Of a stretch of 64,000 nucleotides of DNA, positions 19,210-27,982 are shown one piece after another. The notes beneath the pieces were generated by a model. That model had not been told where the DNA came from. It saw nothing but the letters and a program-made list of their open reading frames with translations, and did no database searches. Every line of letters starts with the position of its first letter. The stretch's first letter is position 1. The translations under genes and the position numbers were made by a program. The stretch is taken from the NCBI GenBank assembly GCA_963747235.1, contig CAVVEU010000025.1, forward strand, positions 28,209-92,208. Reading direction: 5' to 3'. The stretch is from an uncultured Candidatus Rokubacteria bacterium. GTDB taxonomy: Bacteria > Methylomirabilota > Methylomirabilia > Rokubacteriales > CSP1-6.

Positions 19210-20823
19210 TTACTTGTCCCGCCACACGTCGGCCATGCGGCCGAAGTTGTAGATGTTGTCGTGCGGGACCAGCCCCTTCACGTGCGGCCAGAACGTGAAG
19301 TAGTCGAGCCTCCAGTCGAGGATCGGGCGCGCCGCGTCCTCCTCGATCTTGCGCTGCATCCCCGCGAGCAGCAGCAGCCGCTTCTGCGGGTTGAGCTCCT
19401 GGGACTGTTGCTCGACCAGCTTCATCACTTCCTCGCTGCAGTACTGGCTGTAGTTCCGCGGCGAGCCGCAGGCGTAGTTCTCGTAGTAGTTGGCGTCCGG
19501 CTCGTCGACGCCGAGGCCGGTGAGGTTGGCCCCGATCTGGTAGTCGCCGCGGGTCGCCATCGCGTGCCACTGCGCGGTCTCCACCTGCTTGAGGCTGGCC
19601 TCGATGCCGACCTGCTTCAGCTCGTTGATGACGAAGGAGGCCATGTCCACGTAGATCGGGATGGCCCGGGTGGCCATTTCCACGCGCAGCGGATTCTGCG
19701 GCGTGATGCCCGCCTCGGCCAGCAGCTTCCGGGCGCGCGCCTTCATGTCCTCCGGCTTGCCGTATCCGGGCAGGCCGCCCAGGTCCTTCTCGGGCAGCCC
19801 CCAGACGCCGTACGGCTTCGGCTGCATCGAGGCGCCCAGCACCGCGCCGCCCTGGTGCACGGCCTGGATGAGCGCGCGCCGGTCGATCGCGTAGCTGACC
19901 GCCTGCCGCACCTTGGGATTGTCGAACGGCGCCTTCTTCGTGTTCATGATGATGTTGTCGCTCACCGCCTGCGGCCACCGGCGTGATCACGAGCTGCGGG
20001 ACGGCCTTCTTGAGCTGCTCGGCCGCGGTCTTGGTGGTCTCACCCGGGAACGAGACGTCGAGCTGCCCCGACTGCAGCGCCGCGATCCGGGTGCCGCGCT
20101 CCTTGATGATCACGTAGCGGAGGCTGTCGAGGTAGGGACGCCCCTTCACGAAGTAGTCCGGGTTCTTCACGTAGTCCACGAACTCGCCCTTCCGCCACTC
20201 CTTCACCTTGAAGGGACCGGTGCCGATGCAGCCCGTGCGATACGTGGCGGGATTGACGTGGGCCGCGTAGATGGGCGTGTAGCCGGAGGCCAGCATGTTC
20301 AGCAGGCCCGGCTGCGGGCGCTTGAGGCGGAAGACCACCGTGTGCGGATCCGCCGCCTCGACGGCCTCGAGGTTCGCGTACCAGTCCTTGCGCGGGATTG
20401 ATCCGGAGCTTCGCGGTGGCTTCGGGCGCCTCGCGCAGCATGTCGAAGGTGAACTTCACGTCCTTCGACGTGAACGGCTGGCCGTCGTGCCACTTGACGT
20501 TCTTGCGCAGGAAGAAGACCAGGTTGCGGTAGTTGTCCTGCCAGGACCATTTCTCGGCGAGCTCGCCCACGATGTTCTCGGGGGTCTCGGGCCGCTTCAG
20601 ACTGGTCGAAGACCACGAGGTTGTTGAAGCACGGCATCGACGGGAACGAGGTGGAGATCGTCGAGGACTCGTGCACCGCGAATCCCGGCGACAGGTCCTC
20701 CCGGAGCATGATGTTCAGATGCCCGCCCGACTTCGGCGTCTGCGCCGCGGCGAGCGTGACGCCCAGGCTGAGGACCAGCAGGGCGAGAACTGGCACCAGG
20801 ACCTTACAGCGGGAACGCCTCAT
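19210..20823 (-). CDS. ABC transporter substrate-binding protein, family 5 (about 3 frameshifts)
   Basis: Signal peptide; ELAEKWS, LRKNVKWHDGQPFT, GTGPFK, PFDNPKVRQA spread over four ORF pieces. Confidence 0.9.
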
Positions 20824-20891
20824 TGTGTCCCTCCCATTCGCGAGAACGCCGGGGCGGTCGCGGGTGAAGCCGGAGTCGGTAAGTGCTGAAG

Positions 20892-20920
20892 AATATACGA
20901 CAACGCTCCGATTCCGACAA
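20892..20920 (-). promoter_or_regulatory. sigma70-type promoter for the ABC/amidase operon
   Basis: TTGTCG-N17-TATATT. Confidence 0.6.
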
Positions 20921-20976
20921 CTGCTACCGACCCGGCCCGCGCCGCGTCCCGGGGGACCGAGGCCTCGGCCGGCCGC

Positions 20977-21489
20977 CTAGACCGCGGCGTGCGGCTCCCG
21001 GAGGCCCCGCCGCACGTCGCGGCGCGTGAGCAGCTCCTCGAGGGCGATCGTGCGGGCCCCGCCCCGCCGCCGCAGCTCGGGCCGCGCCAGGATCGGGCGC
21101 TGGCGGATGCGCGAGGCCAGCCCGTTCCGCACCGCGCGGTCGGCGTAGAGGCGCCGGAGCGCGCGACACATGAGTGGCCGGCCCCGGTTGTACCCGAAGC
21201 GCCGCTTGTACTCGTCGGCCGTCAACGCGTGGCTCCGCAGGTGGGTGTTCGTGAGCTGACGGAAGACACCGCCACAGACGAGGCAGTGGATCGCGTCCTC
21301 CTGCACGGCCTGGCGCGGATCGGCGCGCAGTCCGGACAGTGTGCGACGACTCCCGGTCGATCCCGCGAAGAGGCTCGCGCGCCGAACCGCCGTCGCGGCG
21401 CGGACCCGATCGCCGTGGATTGCCGGGCCGCCATTCCTGGGCGTGCGCAGCCGAAGCGGAGCGTAAGAGGACGTAGCGGTCGCGGGCAT
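20977..21489 (-). CDS. Ros/MucR-family zinc-finger DNA-binding protein
   Basis: IHCLVCGGVFRQLTNTHLRSHALTADEYKRRFGY (C-x2-C-x10-H-x3-H plus TxxEYxxxF/W), then PLM; AGGAGG RBS before ATG 21489. Confidence 0.85.
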   Translation of the reverse strand: MPATATSSYAPLRLRTPRNGGPAIHGDRVRAATAVRRASLFAGSTGSRRTLSGLRADPRQAVQEDAIHCLVCGGVFRQLTNTHLRSHALTADEYKRRFGYNRGRPLMCRALRRLYADRAVRNGLASRIRQRPILARPELRRRGGARTIALEELLTRRDVRRGLREPHAAV

Positions 21490-21549
21490 GTCGGCCTCCT
21501 TCGAGCGATGAGGAACAGGAACGAAGAGAAGAAACATGTCCCTACACAT

Positions 21550-21565
21550 CGCAAACCAAATGCCA
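21550..21565 (-). promoter_or_regulatory. sigma54 (-24/-12) promoter driving the MucR-like gene
   Basis: TGGCAT-TTGGT-TTGCG, exact GG-N10-GC spacing. Confidence 0.8.
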
Positions 21566-21581
21566 CTAAAATAGCTAATAT

Positions 21582-21594
21582 AATCAGTATCTTG
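21582..21594 (+). promoter_or_regulatory. Putative IHF binding site
   Basis: AATCAGTATCTTG matches WATCARNNNNTTR, with an AT-rich 5' flank, between promoter and UAS. Confidence 0.65.
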
Positions 21595-21624
21595 TGTAAA
21601 TAAGGTATTAACGGTCGATGTTCG

Positions 21625-21657
21625 ACTGGTAAAAATCTTACCAGTGACTTGACCAGT
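21625..21657. promoter_or_regulatory. Putative upstream activator sequence for the sigma54 activator
   Basis: Perfect palindrome ACTGGTAA-N5-TTACCAGT (21625-21645) plus a third half-site TGACCAGT (21650-21657), ~95 bp upstream of the predicted TSS. Confidence 0.65.
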
Positions 21658-21686
21658 AAGGGCTTCTAGGTAATCCTTACCGGGCG

Positions 21687-24600
21687 ATGGATCCCTGGAG
21701 CGAGCTCCTGGGTCGGAGCACCGCGATGGAAGCCGTACGCGAGACCGTCCGGCGGCTGCCCGGGCGCCAGCACGTCGGCCGGCGGCTGCCGGCGATCCTC
21801 CTGCAAGGCGAGACCGGGACGGGCAAGGGTCTCGTCGCCCGCCTCATCCACCGCCTGGGGCCGCGCGCCACCGGCGAGTTCGTGGACGTCAACTGCGCGG
21901 CAATTCCCGAGACACTGCTCGAGGCCGAGCTGTTCGGCTTCGAGCGTGGCGCATTCACCGACGCCCGCAAGGCCAAGCCCGGCCTCTTCCAGACCGCGCA
22001 TCACGGCAGCATCTTCCTGGACGAGATCGGATCGACCCCCGAGGCGCTACAGGCGAAGCTGCTGACCGTCATCGAGGAGCGCGTGGTGCGACGGCTCGGC
22101 GGCACGCGTCCCGAGCCCGCGGACGCCTGGATCATCAGCGCGACGAACACGGATCTCCTCGGGAGCGTCCGCGAGCGCCGATTCCGGGAGGACCTCTACC
22201 ATCGGCTCGCGGTGCTGACGCTGCGCCTGCCTCCGCTCCGGGAGCGCGGCCAGGACGTCCTGTTCCTCGCCGAGCGCTTCCTCGTGCGCGTCTGCGCGGA
22301 CTACGGCCTGCCGGTGAAGATCCTGGCCGCCGATGCGCGCGATCGGCTGATGGCCTATCCGTGGCCCGGCAACGTGCGCGAGCTGTCGAACGTGATCGAG
22401 CGGGTCGCGCTCCTGACCGAGGAGACCGTGATCACGGCCGAGCACCTGGGGCTGGGCGACGCAAGCTCGGCGCCGGGACCCGTGCCGGCCGACGCGGGCA
22501 GCGCCGCGGCTCCGCCCCCGATCTCGTTCGGGGACGCCATGCGCGCGCACCTGCGCGCCACACTCGATCAGACCGGCTGGAACATTTCTCGCACCGCCGC
22601 CATCCTCAACATCTCCCGCAATACCGTGCGCGCGCGCATGGAGAAGACTGGGGCTGCGCGAAGGCACCGCGGTCGCGGTGAAGCGCGACGCGCGCGCGCC
22701 GAGCGGCGCCCGCCCGGCCCCTCCGCCGCCGCCGAACGGGTCCGCATCCGGGCCGCCGTCGCGCCCCGCGCTCCCCACGGTCCGCTGGGAGCGCCGGCCC
22801 ATCGCTCTGATGCGCGTGGCGCTCGTGGTGCCGGAGACCGGCGACGTCCTCTCGGACGCCGCGCGCGCGCTCGAGACGCTGATCGAGAAGGTCCAGAGCT
22901 TCGGCGGACGCGTCGAGGCGCTCGGGCAGCGCGCCCTGGACGCCGCCTTCGGCGTGGAGCCCATCGAGGACGCGCCGCGGCGCGCGGCGCACGCCGCGAT
23001 GGCGATGCAGCGGGCCGTCGAGCGGATCCGCGGAGACTCCCCCGCCCCGCTCGCGACGCGGATCGCCATTCACGCGGCCCAGGTCCTCGTGGCGCAGGCC
23101 GGCCGCATGATCCAGATCGACCAGGAGGCGAAGGAGCAGGGCGCCTTCGTGCTCGATGACCTGATCGCGGCCGCCGAGCCCGGCGGCATCCTCGCCAGCC
23201 CGGCCGCCGGCGCGCTGCTCGAGCGCCGGTTCGAGCTGATCCCCCTCGACGGGACGGACGAGTCTCCGACCGCGTTCCGCCTCGTCGGGCGCGAAGGGCC
23301 GGGGCTGAGCGCGGCCGGGCGCATGGCGAGCTTCGTCGGCCGGCATCAGGAGATGGCGGTGCTGCACAGCCGGCTGCTCGCCGCCCTCCGTGGTCGGGGA
23401 CAGCTCGTCAGCATCGTCGGGGACGCCGGGATCGGGAAGTCCCGCCTGCTCTACGAGTTCAGCCAGAGCGTGAGCGCCGAGCAGGCGACCTACATCGAGG
23501 GACGCTGCCTGTCCTACGGGAGCACGATCCCCTACCTGCCGGTGCTCGACCTGATTCGCGGGCTCTGCCACATCACCGAGGCCGACGACGCGGCGGGCGC
23601 GGGCGAGAAGATCCGGCAGACGCTCGGGCGGGCGGGCATGGACGCGTCCAAGCTCACTCCTCACGTGCTCGATCTCCTGGGATACCGAGACGGCATCGAG
23701 GGGCTCGATCTCGTTCCACCCGACGCGATCAAGGTCGGCATCTCGGAGGCCCTCCGCCAGATCACGCTGGGCGCCAGCCATCGCCAGCCCCTGCTCGTCG
23801 TGATCGAGGATCTCCACTGGATCGACCAGGCGTCGGAGGAGCTGCTCGCGTCCATGGTGGACGGGCTGCCCGGCGCGGCGGTGCTCTTCGTCGTGACGTA
23901 CCGCCCCGGGTACGAGCCGCCGTGGGCCAACCGGTCGTTCGCCACCCAGCTCTCGCTGCCTCCGCTGTCGAACGAGGACAGCCTCACGGTCACGCGCTCG
24001 GTGCTGCCCGCGGTGGCGCTGCCTCACGCGGTCGCCGAGGTGATCCTGAGCCGCGCGGAGGGCAATCCCTTCTTCCTGGAGGAGCTCGCGCTGTCCATCC
24101 AGGATCGCGGCGGCCTGGCCGGCGATCTCGCGGTGCCCGACACGGTGCAGGGCGTCCTGCTGAGCCGGATCGGACACCTCGCCGAGACCGAGCAGGCCCT
24201 GCTCCAGTCCGCGGCGGTCATCGGCAAGGACGTCCCGCTTCCGGTCCTGGCCGCGGTGACCGAGCTCCCCGAGGAGCCGCTCGCCCAGGCGCTCCGCCAC
24301 CTGAGCGCGGCGGAGTTCCTCTACGAGGTCAGCAGCTTCCCGGAGGTCAAGTACCGCTTCCGGCACGCGCTCACCCACGAGGTCGCCTACGAGAGCCTCC
24401 GGCCGGAGCGCCGCCGGCAGCTCCACGCCCGCATCGTCCTCGCCATCGAGGCCAGTCACTCCGACCGCCTGCTCGAGGACGTCGGGCGGCTCGCCCATCA
24501 CGCGACGCGAGGGGAGCTCTGGGAGAAGGCGGTGGCGTACGCGCGTCAGGCCGGCGCCAAGGCCGCCGCGCGCTCCGCCCACCTGCAGGCGGTCGCGTAT

Positions 24601-25806
24601 CTCGACCAGGCGCTCGACGCCCTCGCGCATCTGCCCGAGGATCGCGCGCAGGTCGAGCAGGCCATCGATGTGCGGCTCGACCTCCGCAACTCGCTGCACC
24701 CGCTGGGAGACCCCGAGCGCATCCTCGCGCGGCTGCGGGAGGCCGAAGCGCTCGCCCGGACGATCGACGATCCTCGACGGCTCGCCCGGGTCTTCTCGTT
24801 CATGACGCAGTACTTCCGGCTGATCGGACATCTCGATCTCGCGGTGGAATCGGCGGAGCGCGCCCTCGCGCTCGCCGACCGGATGCGGGACACGCCCTTC
24901 TGGATCGTCGCCAACACGTTCCTGGGCACCGCCTACGATGCCCAGGGCGAGTACCGCAAGGCGGCCGACGTCCTCCGGAAGAGCGTGGAGGCCTTGCCCG
25001 GCATCTCGATCGGCCAGGACGTGCGCGTCGCCGGCCTCGTCTCGGTCTTCTCGCGCATCTATCTGGTCTACTGCCTCGCCGACATGGGTGACTTCCGCGA
25101 GGGGCTCGCGTATGGCGACGAGGGCACGCGGCTCGCCGAGGCCGCCGATGACGCCTACAGCCTGATCTTCGCCTCGTGCGGCATCGGCACGCTCCACCTC
25201 CTGAAGGGCGATCTGGAGCCGGCGATCCACACTCTGGAGCGCGCGCTCACCCTCTGCCGGACGTTGACGGTGCCGGTGGCGCTGCCCCTGATCGCGTGCG
25301 CGCTGGGCGCCGCCTACTCGCTGTCGGGGCGCTCGCGCGACGCGATCGCCCTGCTGGAGGAGGGAAACCGGGAAGGCCTCGCGATCGGACGGATGGGCGG
25401 GCACTCGCTGGTCGTCGTGCGCCTGGGCGAGGCCTATCTCCGCGCCGGCCGCCTCGACGAGGCCGACGAGACGGCCCGACGGGCGCTGCTGATGGCCCGC
25501 GAGAAGAGTGAGCGCGGGCACGAAGCCTACGCCCTGCACCTCCTGGGCGAGGTGGTGGCGCGACGGACACCCGGCGACGCGGGCGCCGCCGAGGCCGCGT
25601 TCCGACAGGCCTCGGCCCTCGCCGAGGAGCTCTCGATGCGCCCGCTCCTCGCGCATTGCCACGTGAGCCGCGCCCGGCTCGAGTGCCGGGCGGGCCGCAC
25701 CGCGAGCGCCCGTCAGCTCTTCGGCGCGGCCACCGCGGCCTTCCGCGAGCTGGAGATGCCCTTCTGGCTCGAGCGCGCGGAGGCCGAGGCCCGCTCCCTA
25801 GCCTGA
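21687..25806 (+). CDS. sigma54 enhancer-binding AAA+/Fis-HTH fused to degenerate class III cyclase, STAND ATPase and TPR repeats (one extra base at ~22647)
   Basis: GETGTGKG, ELFGFERGAFTDA, FLDEIG, FREDLYHRL, WPGNVREL, HTH; then cyclase-like GGRVE..AFG..EDAPRRAAHAA, GDAGIGKS, VIEDLHWID, GNPFFLEE, YRFRHAL, helical repeats. Deleting one base joins ORFs 21687 and 22678 into 1372 aa. Confidence 0.88.
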
Positions 25807-26010
25807 CGTCCCCTTCCCGCGCGTCTCCACCCGCACCTCGACGAGGTCCAGGCCGCACGCCCGGGCCAGCCGCCTGATCTCCAGGCGAACCGCCTCCAGC
25901 GTGTGGGAGCCGATGGGGCCGTCCAGCTCGATGCTACCGACGACGGCGGCGTCCGGCCTTGGCGGCCCGCTTCTTGGCGGCGGCGGCGTGCGCCTTCCAC
26001 TTCTTTTCAA
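25798..26010 (-). CDS. Small hypothetical protein (start uncertain)
   Basis: Protein-like segment SIELDGPIGSHTLEAVRLEIRRLARACGLDLVEVRVE fills the gap between the basic ORF and the activator stop; could be a frameshifted continuation of the upstream ORF. Confidence 0.4.
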   Translation of the reverse strand: MKRSGRRTPPPPRSGPPRPDAAVVGSIELDGPIGSHTLEAVRLEIRRLARACGLDLVEVRVETRGKGTSG

Positions 26011-26131
26011 TGGCCCTCACTCCCTTCTTGAACTGCGCGAGGAGCGCCCGCGTCTGGGCGCTCTTGGGCGTGGCCGCGATCCGGATCGTGGTACGGCCCT
26101 TGCTCGTCGTCTGGCTCACCTGGATCATCAT
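25934..26131 (-). CDS. 65-aa Lys/Arg/Ala-rich basic protein
   Basis: MMIQVSQTTSKGRTTIRIAATPKSAQTRALLAQFKKGVRAIEKKWKAHAAAAKKRAAKAGRRRRR; AAG-rich codons unlike shadow ORFs; follows the ATP-grasp gene. Confidence 0.6.
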   Translation of the reverse strand: MMIQVSQTTSKGRTTIRIAATPKSAQTRALLAQFKKGVRAIEKKWKAHAAAAKKRAAKAGRRRRR

Positions 26132-26186
26132 GGCGTCGTGCCGTGCGTCGGCTCCTCTGGGTGTCGGTTGCCGCGTTGCGCCCGCC

Positions 26187-27260
26187 TTAGCGGCGGGCGT
26201 CCTGCACTCCGTCGAAGAACTCATCGGCGTGAAACACGCGCGGGGCCGCGTCGAGGTCCCGCAGCATGTAGTGATCATCGGTCCCCTCGTACTCCTCGTG
26301 GAGATCCACCGACTCGCCCCGGGCGAGATCGAGGTACACCGCGGTCATGTTGTGCTTGCCGGTCAGGTCGAGGAGATTGGTGCTGGACGTGAAGCGGCCC
26401 GCGTTGATCTCGGTGACGCGCGGAACCCCGCCCGAGTCCTCCTTCAGGTCCACCGCGAACACGCCCGAGGCCTTGCGATCCACCGCGCGGATCGCCCGGA
26501 CCGCGATCTCGAGCACGCCCGGCTCGTGCACGGTCTTGGTGAGCGCGCCCACCGCCGACACCTCGCTCGGCTGGCTGGCGCTGCCGAGGTAGGACAGCCG
26601 CTCGTAGGTCTTCGCGAGCGCCAGGCGGCCGTCCTTCCACACGCTCTGGCAGCCGAAATCGCGGCCCGGCAGGTACTCGGACAGGGTGAACGCGGAGACC
26701 GGCACCCCGCGCATGTCGCGCCAGTACGCGATCCAGCTCCGCGCCTGCTCCGGCCCCGCGACCGGCGCCGCGCCCCGCGAGCCCGCGCCCGCGCGGATGC
26801 GACACCACGCGCGGGCCGGATTGCCCAGGCGCGCGAAGATGCGGTCGAGCCGCCGCAGGTCCGTCACCCGATACGTCGCGGGCGCGGGAACGCCGCGCGC
26901 CCGCAGCCATTCGGTGAGCGCGTACTTGTCGCCGCAGCGCTCCACCGTGGCGGCCCGGGGAAGGAAGAGGCGCCCGCCGAGCGCGCCCCGCGCGCGCGAG
27001 AGCGCGGCGACGTCGCCGTCGCTGGCCGGGATGACGAGGTCGATCCGCTCCGTCTCCACGATCCGGCGCAGCGAGCGGCGCCAGCCCGGATGCGCGAGCG
27101 GCGGGAGGAGGTAGTTGCGGTCCGCGGTGGAGTTCTTGAGGATGAACTGGTCATCGTGGCAGCCCACGATGGTGAGCGAAGCATTCCCCGCCCGGAGGCT
27201 CCGCACGAGGTTGCCGCTCGCCCCGCTGCCCGCGCTCGTAACGAGCAACCGCGCGTTCAT
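26187..27260 (-). CDS. ATP-grasp ligase (CarB/PylC-like, single domain)
   Basis: LLVTSAG, IDLVIPASD, CGDKY, GAGSRG, SEYLPG, VDLKED..PRVTEINAGRF. Confidence 0.85.
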   Translation of the reverse strand: MNARLLVTSAGSGASGNLVRSLRAGNASLTIVGCHDDQFILKNSTADRNYLLPPLAHPGWRRSLRRIVETERIDLVIPASDGDVAALSRARGALGGRLFLPRAATVERCGDKYALTEWLRARGVPAPATYRVTDLRRLDRIFARLGNPARAWCRIRAGAGSRGAAPVAGPEQARSWIAYWRDMRGVPVSAFTLSEYLPGRDFGCQSVWKDGRLALAKTYERLSYLGSASQPSEVSAVGALTKTVHEPGVLEIAVRAIRAVDRKASGVFAVDLKEDSGGVPRVTEINAGRFTSSTNLLDLTGKHNMTAVYLDLARGESVDLHEEYEGTDDHYMLRDLDAAPRVFHADEFFDGVQDARR

Positions 27261-27268
27261 CCGCGCGG

Positions 27269-27297
27269 AGCCTAGACGATATCCGGCGCCATCGCAA
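27269..27297 (-). promoter_or_regulatory. sigma70-type promoter, probably leaderless, for the ATP-grasp gene
   Basis: TTGCGA-N17-TAGGCT, then 8 nt to ATG, no SD. Confidence 0.6.
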
Positions 27298-27383
27298 GTT
27301 TCGCGCGGGGCCCGCGACGCCCGCTGTGCTTACTGGGTCCGCCCACTTGCGCGAATCACTTCACGTGCTTCAGGGCCCGCCGG

Positions 27384-27418
27384 AAAAGAAAACGGGCCGG
27401 GTCCCAGGACCCGGCCCG
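27384..27418 (-). terminator. Rho-independent terminator after sodC
   Basis: GC hairpin CGGGCCGGGTCC/GGACCCGGCCCG followed by TTTTCTTTT on the minus strand. Confidence 0.8.
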
Positions 27419-27442
27419 CGTGGTCTTCGCGGCGGCCCGCGA

Positions 27443-27964
27443 CTACTTCGTGATGACCCCGCAGGCGATGCGCCCGCCGCTGTTGCCGGTGGGATCGGTC
27501 TTGTCGTCGTCGGGATTGGCGTGCACGACGAGCGCGGTCGGCTTGTCGCCGAGCACCGAGTTGGGCCCGGGGCTCAGCGTGATGGCCTTCGTGGTGACGT
27601 CGATGCCGCCCTCACCCGAGGCCGCGACCACCAGGTTGGGCAGGTCGCCCGCGTGCGCGCCCGCCGGATTCATGCGGCCGTGCTGCTTGCTGCCCGGGTT
27701 GAAGTGCGCGCCCGCCGACGTGAACTCGGGCGGCTCGCACAGCCCCACCGCGTGGATGTGCAGCCCGTGCCCGCCCGGCGGAAGCCGGTAGCCGGTCACC
27801 GCCAGCCGCACGCCTTCCGCGGTCTCGATGAGCGTCGCCACGCCCACCTGCTTGCCATCCTTGTCCTTGAGGGTCGCCTCGGCCGACAGCGGTCCCCGGT
27901 CGGCCGGCGCGCTCGCGCATCCGGCCAGCATTGCGGCCACACCGAGCAGCAGTAGTGGTCTCAC
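27443..27964 (-). CDS. sodC: Cu/Zn superoxide dismutase family lipoprotein
   Basis: LAGC lipobox; HGLHIH, HFNP, HG, HAGDLPN, VVH, GNSGGRIACG (metal ligands present). Confidence 0.92.
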   Translation of the reverse strand: MRPLLLLGVAAMLAGCASAPADRGPLSAEATLKDKDGKQVGVATLIETAEGVRLAVTGYRLPPGGHGLHIHAVGLCEPPEFTSAGAHFNPGSKQHGRMNPAGAHAGDLPNLVVAASGEGGIDVTTKAITLSPGPNSVLGDKPTALVVHANPDDDKTDPTGNSGGRIACGVITK

Positions 27965-27982
27965 CGTTGAGTGCCCTCCCGT

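Noticed and set aside
21687-25806. Avs-type antiphage STAND defence system
   Set aside because: There is no nuclease, TIR, SIR2 or protease effector and no defence-island context. The effector is a transcription activator of the cyclase-associated STAND type.
25934-27260. Graspetide (microviridin-like) RiPP cluster
   Set aside because: The peptide has only one acidic residue, so it cannot form multiple ester/amide crosslinks, and the ligase looks CarB/PylC-like. Kept only as a general modification hypothesis.
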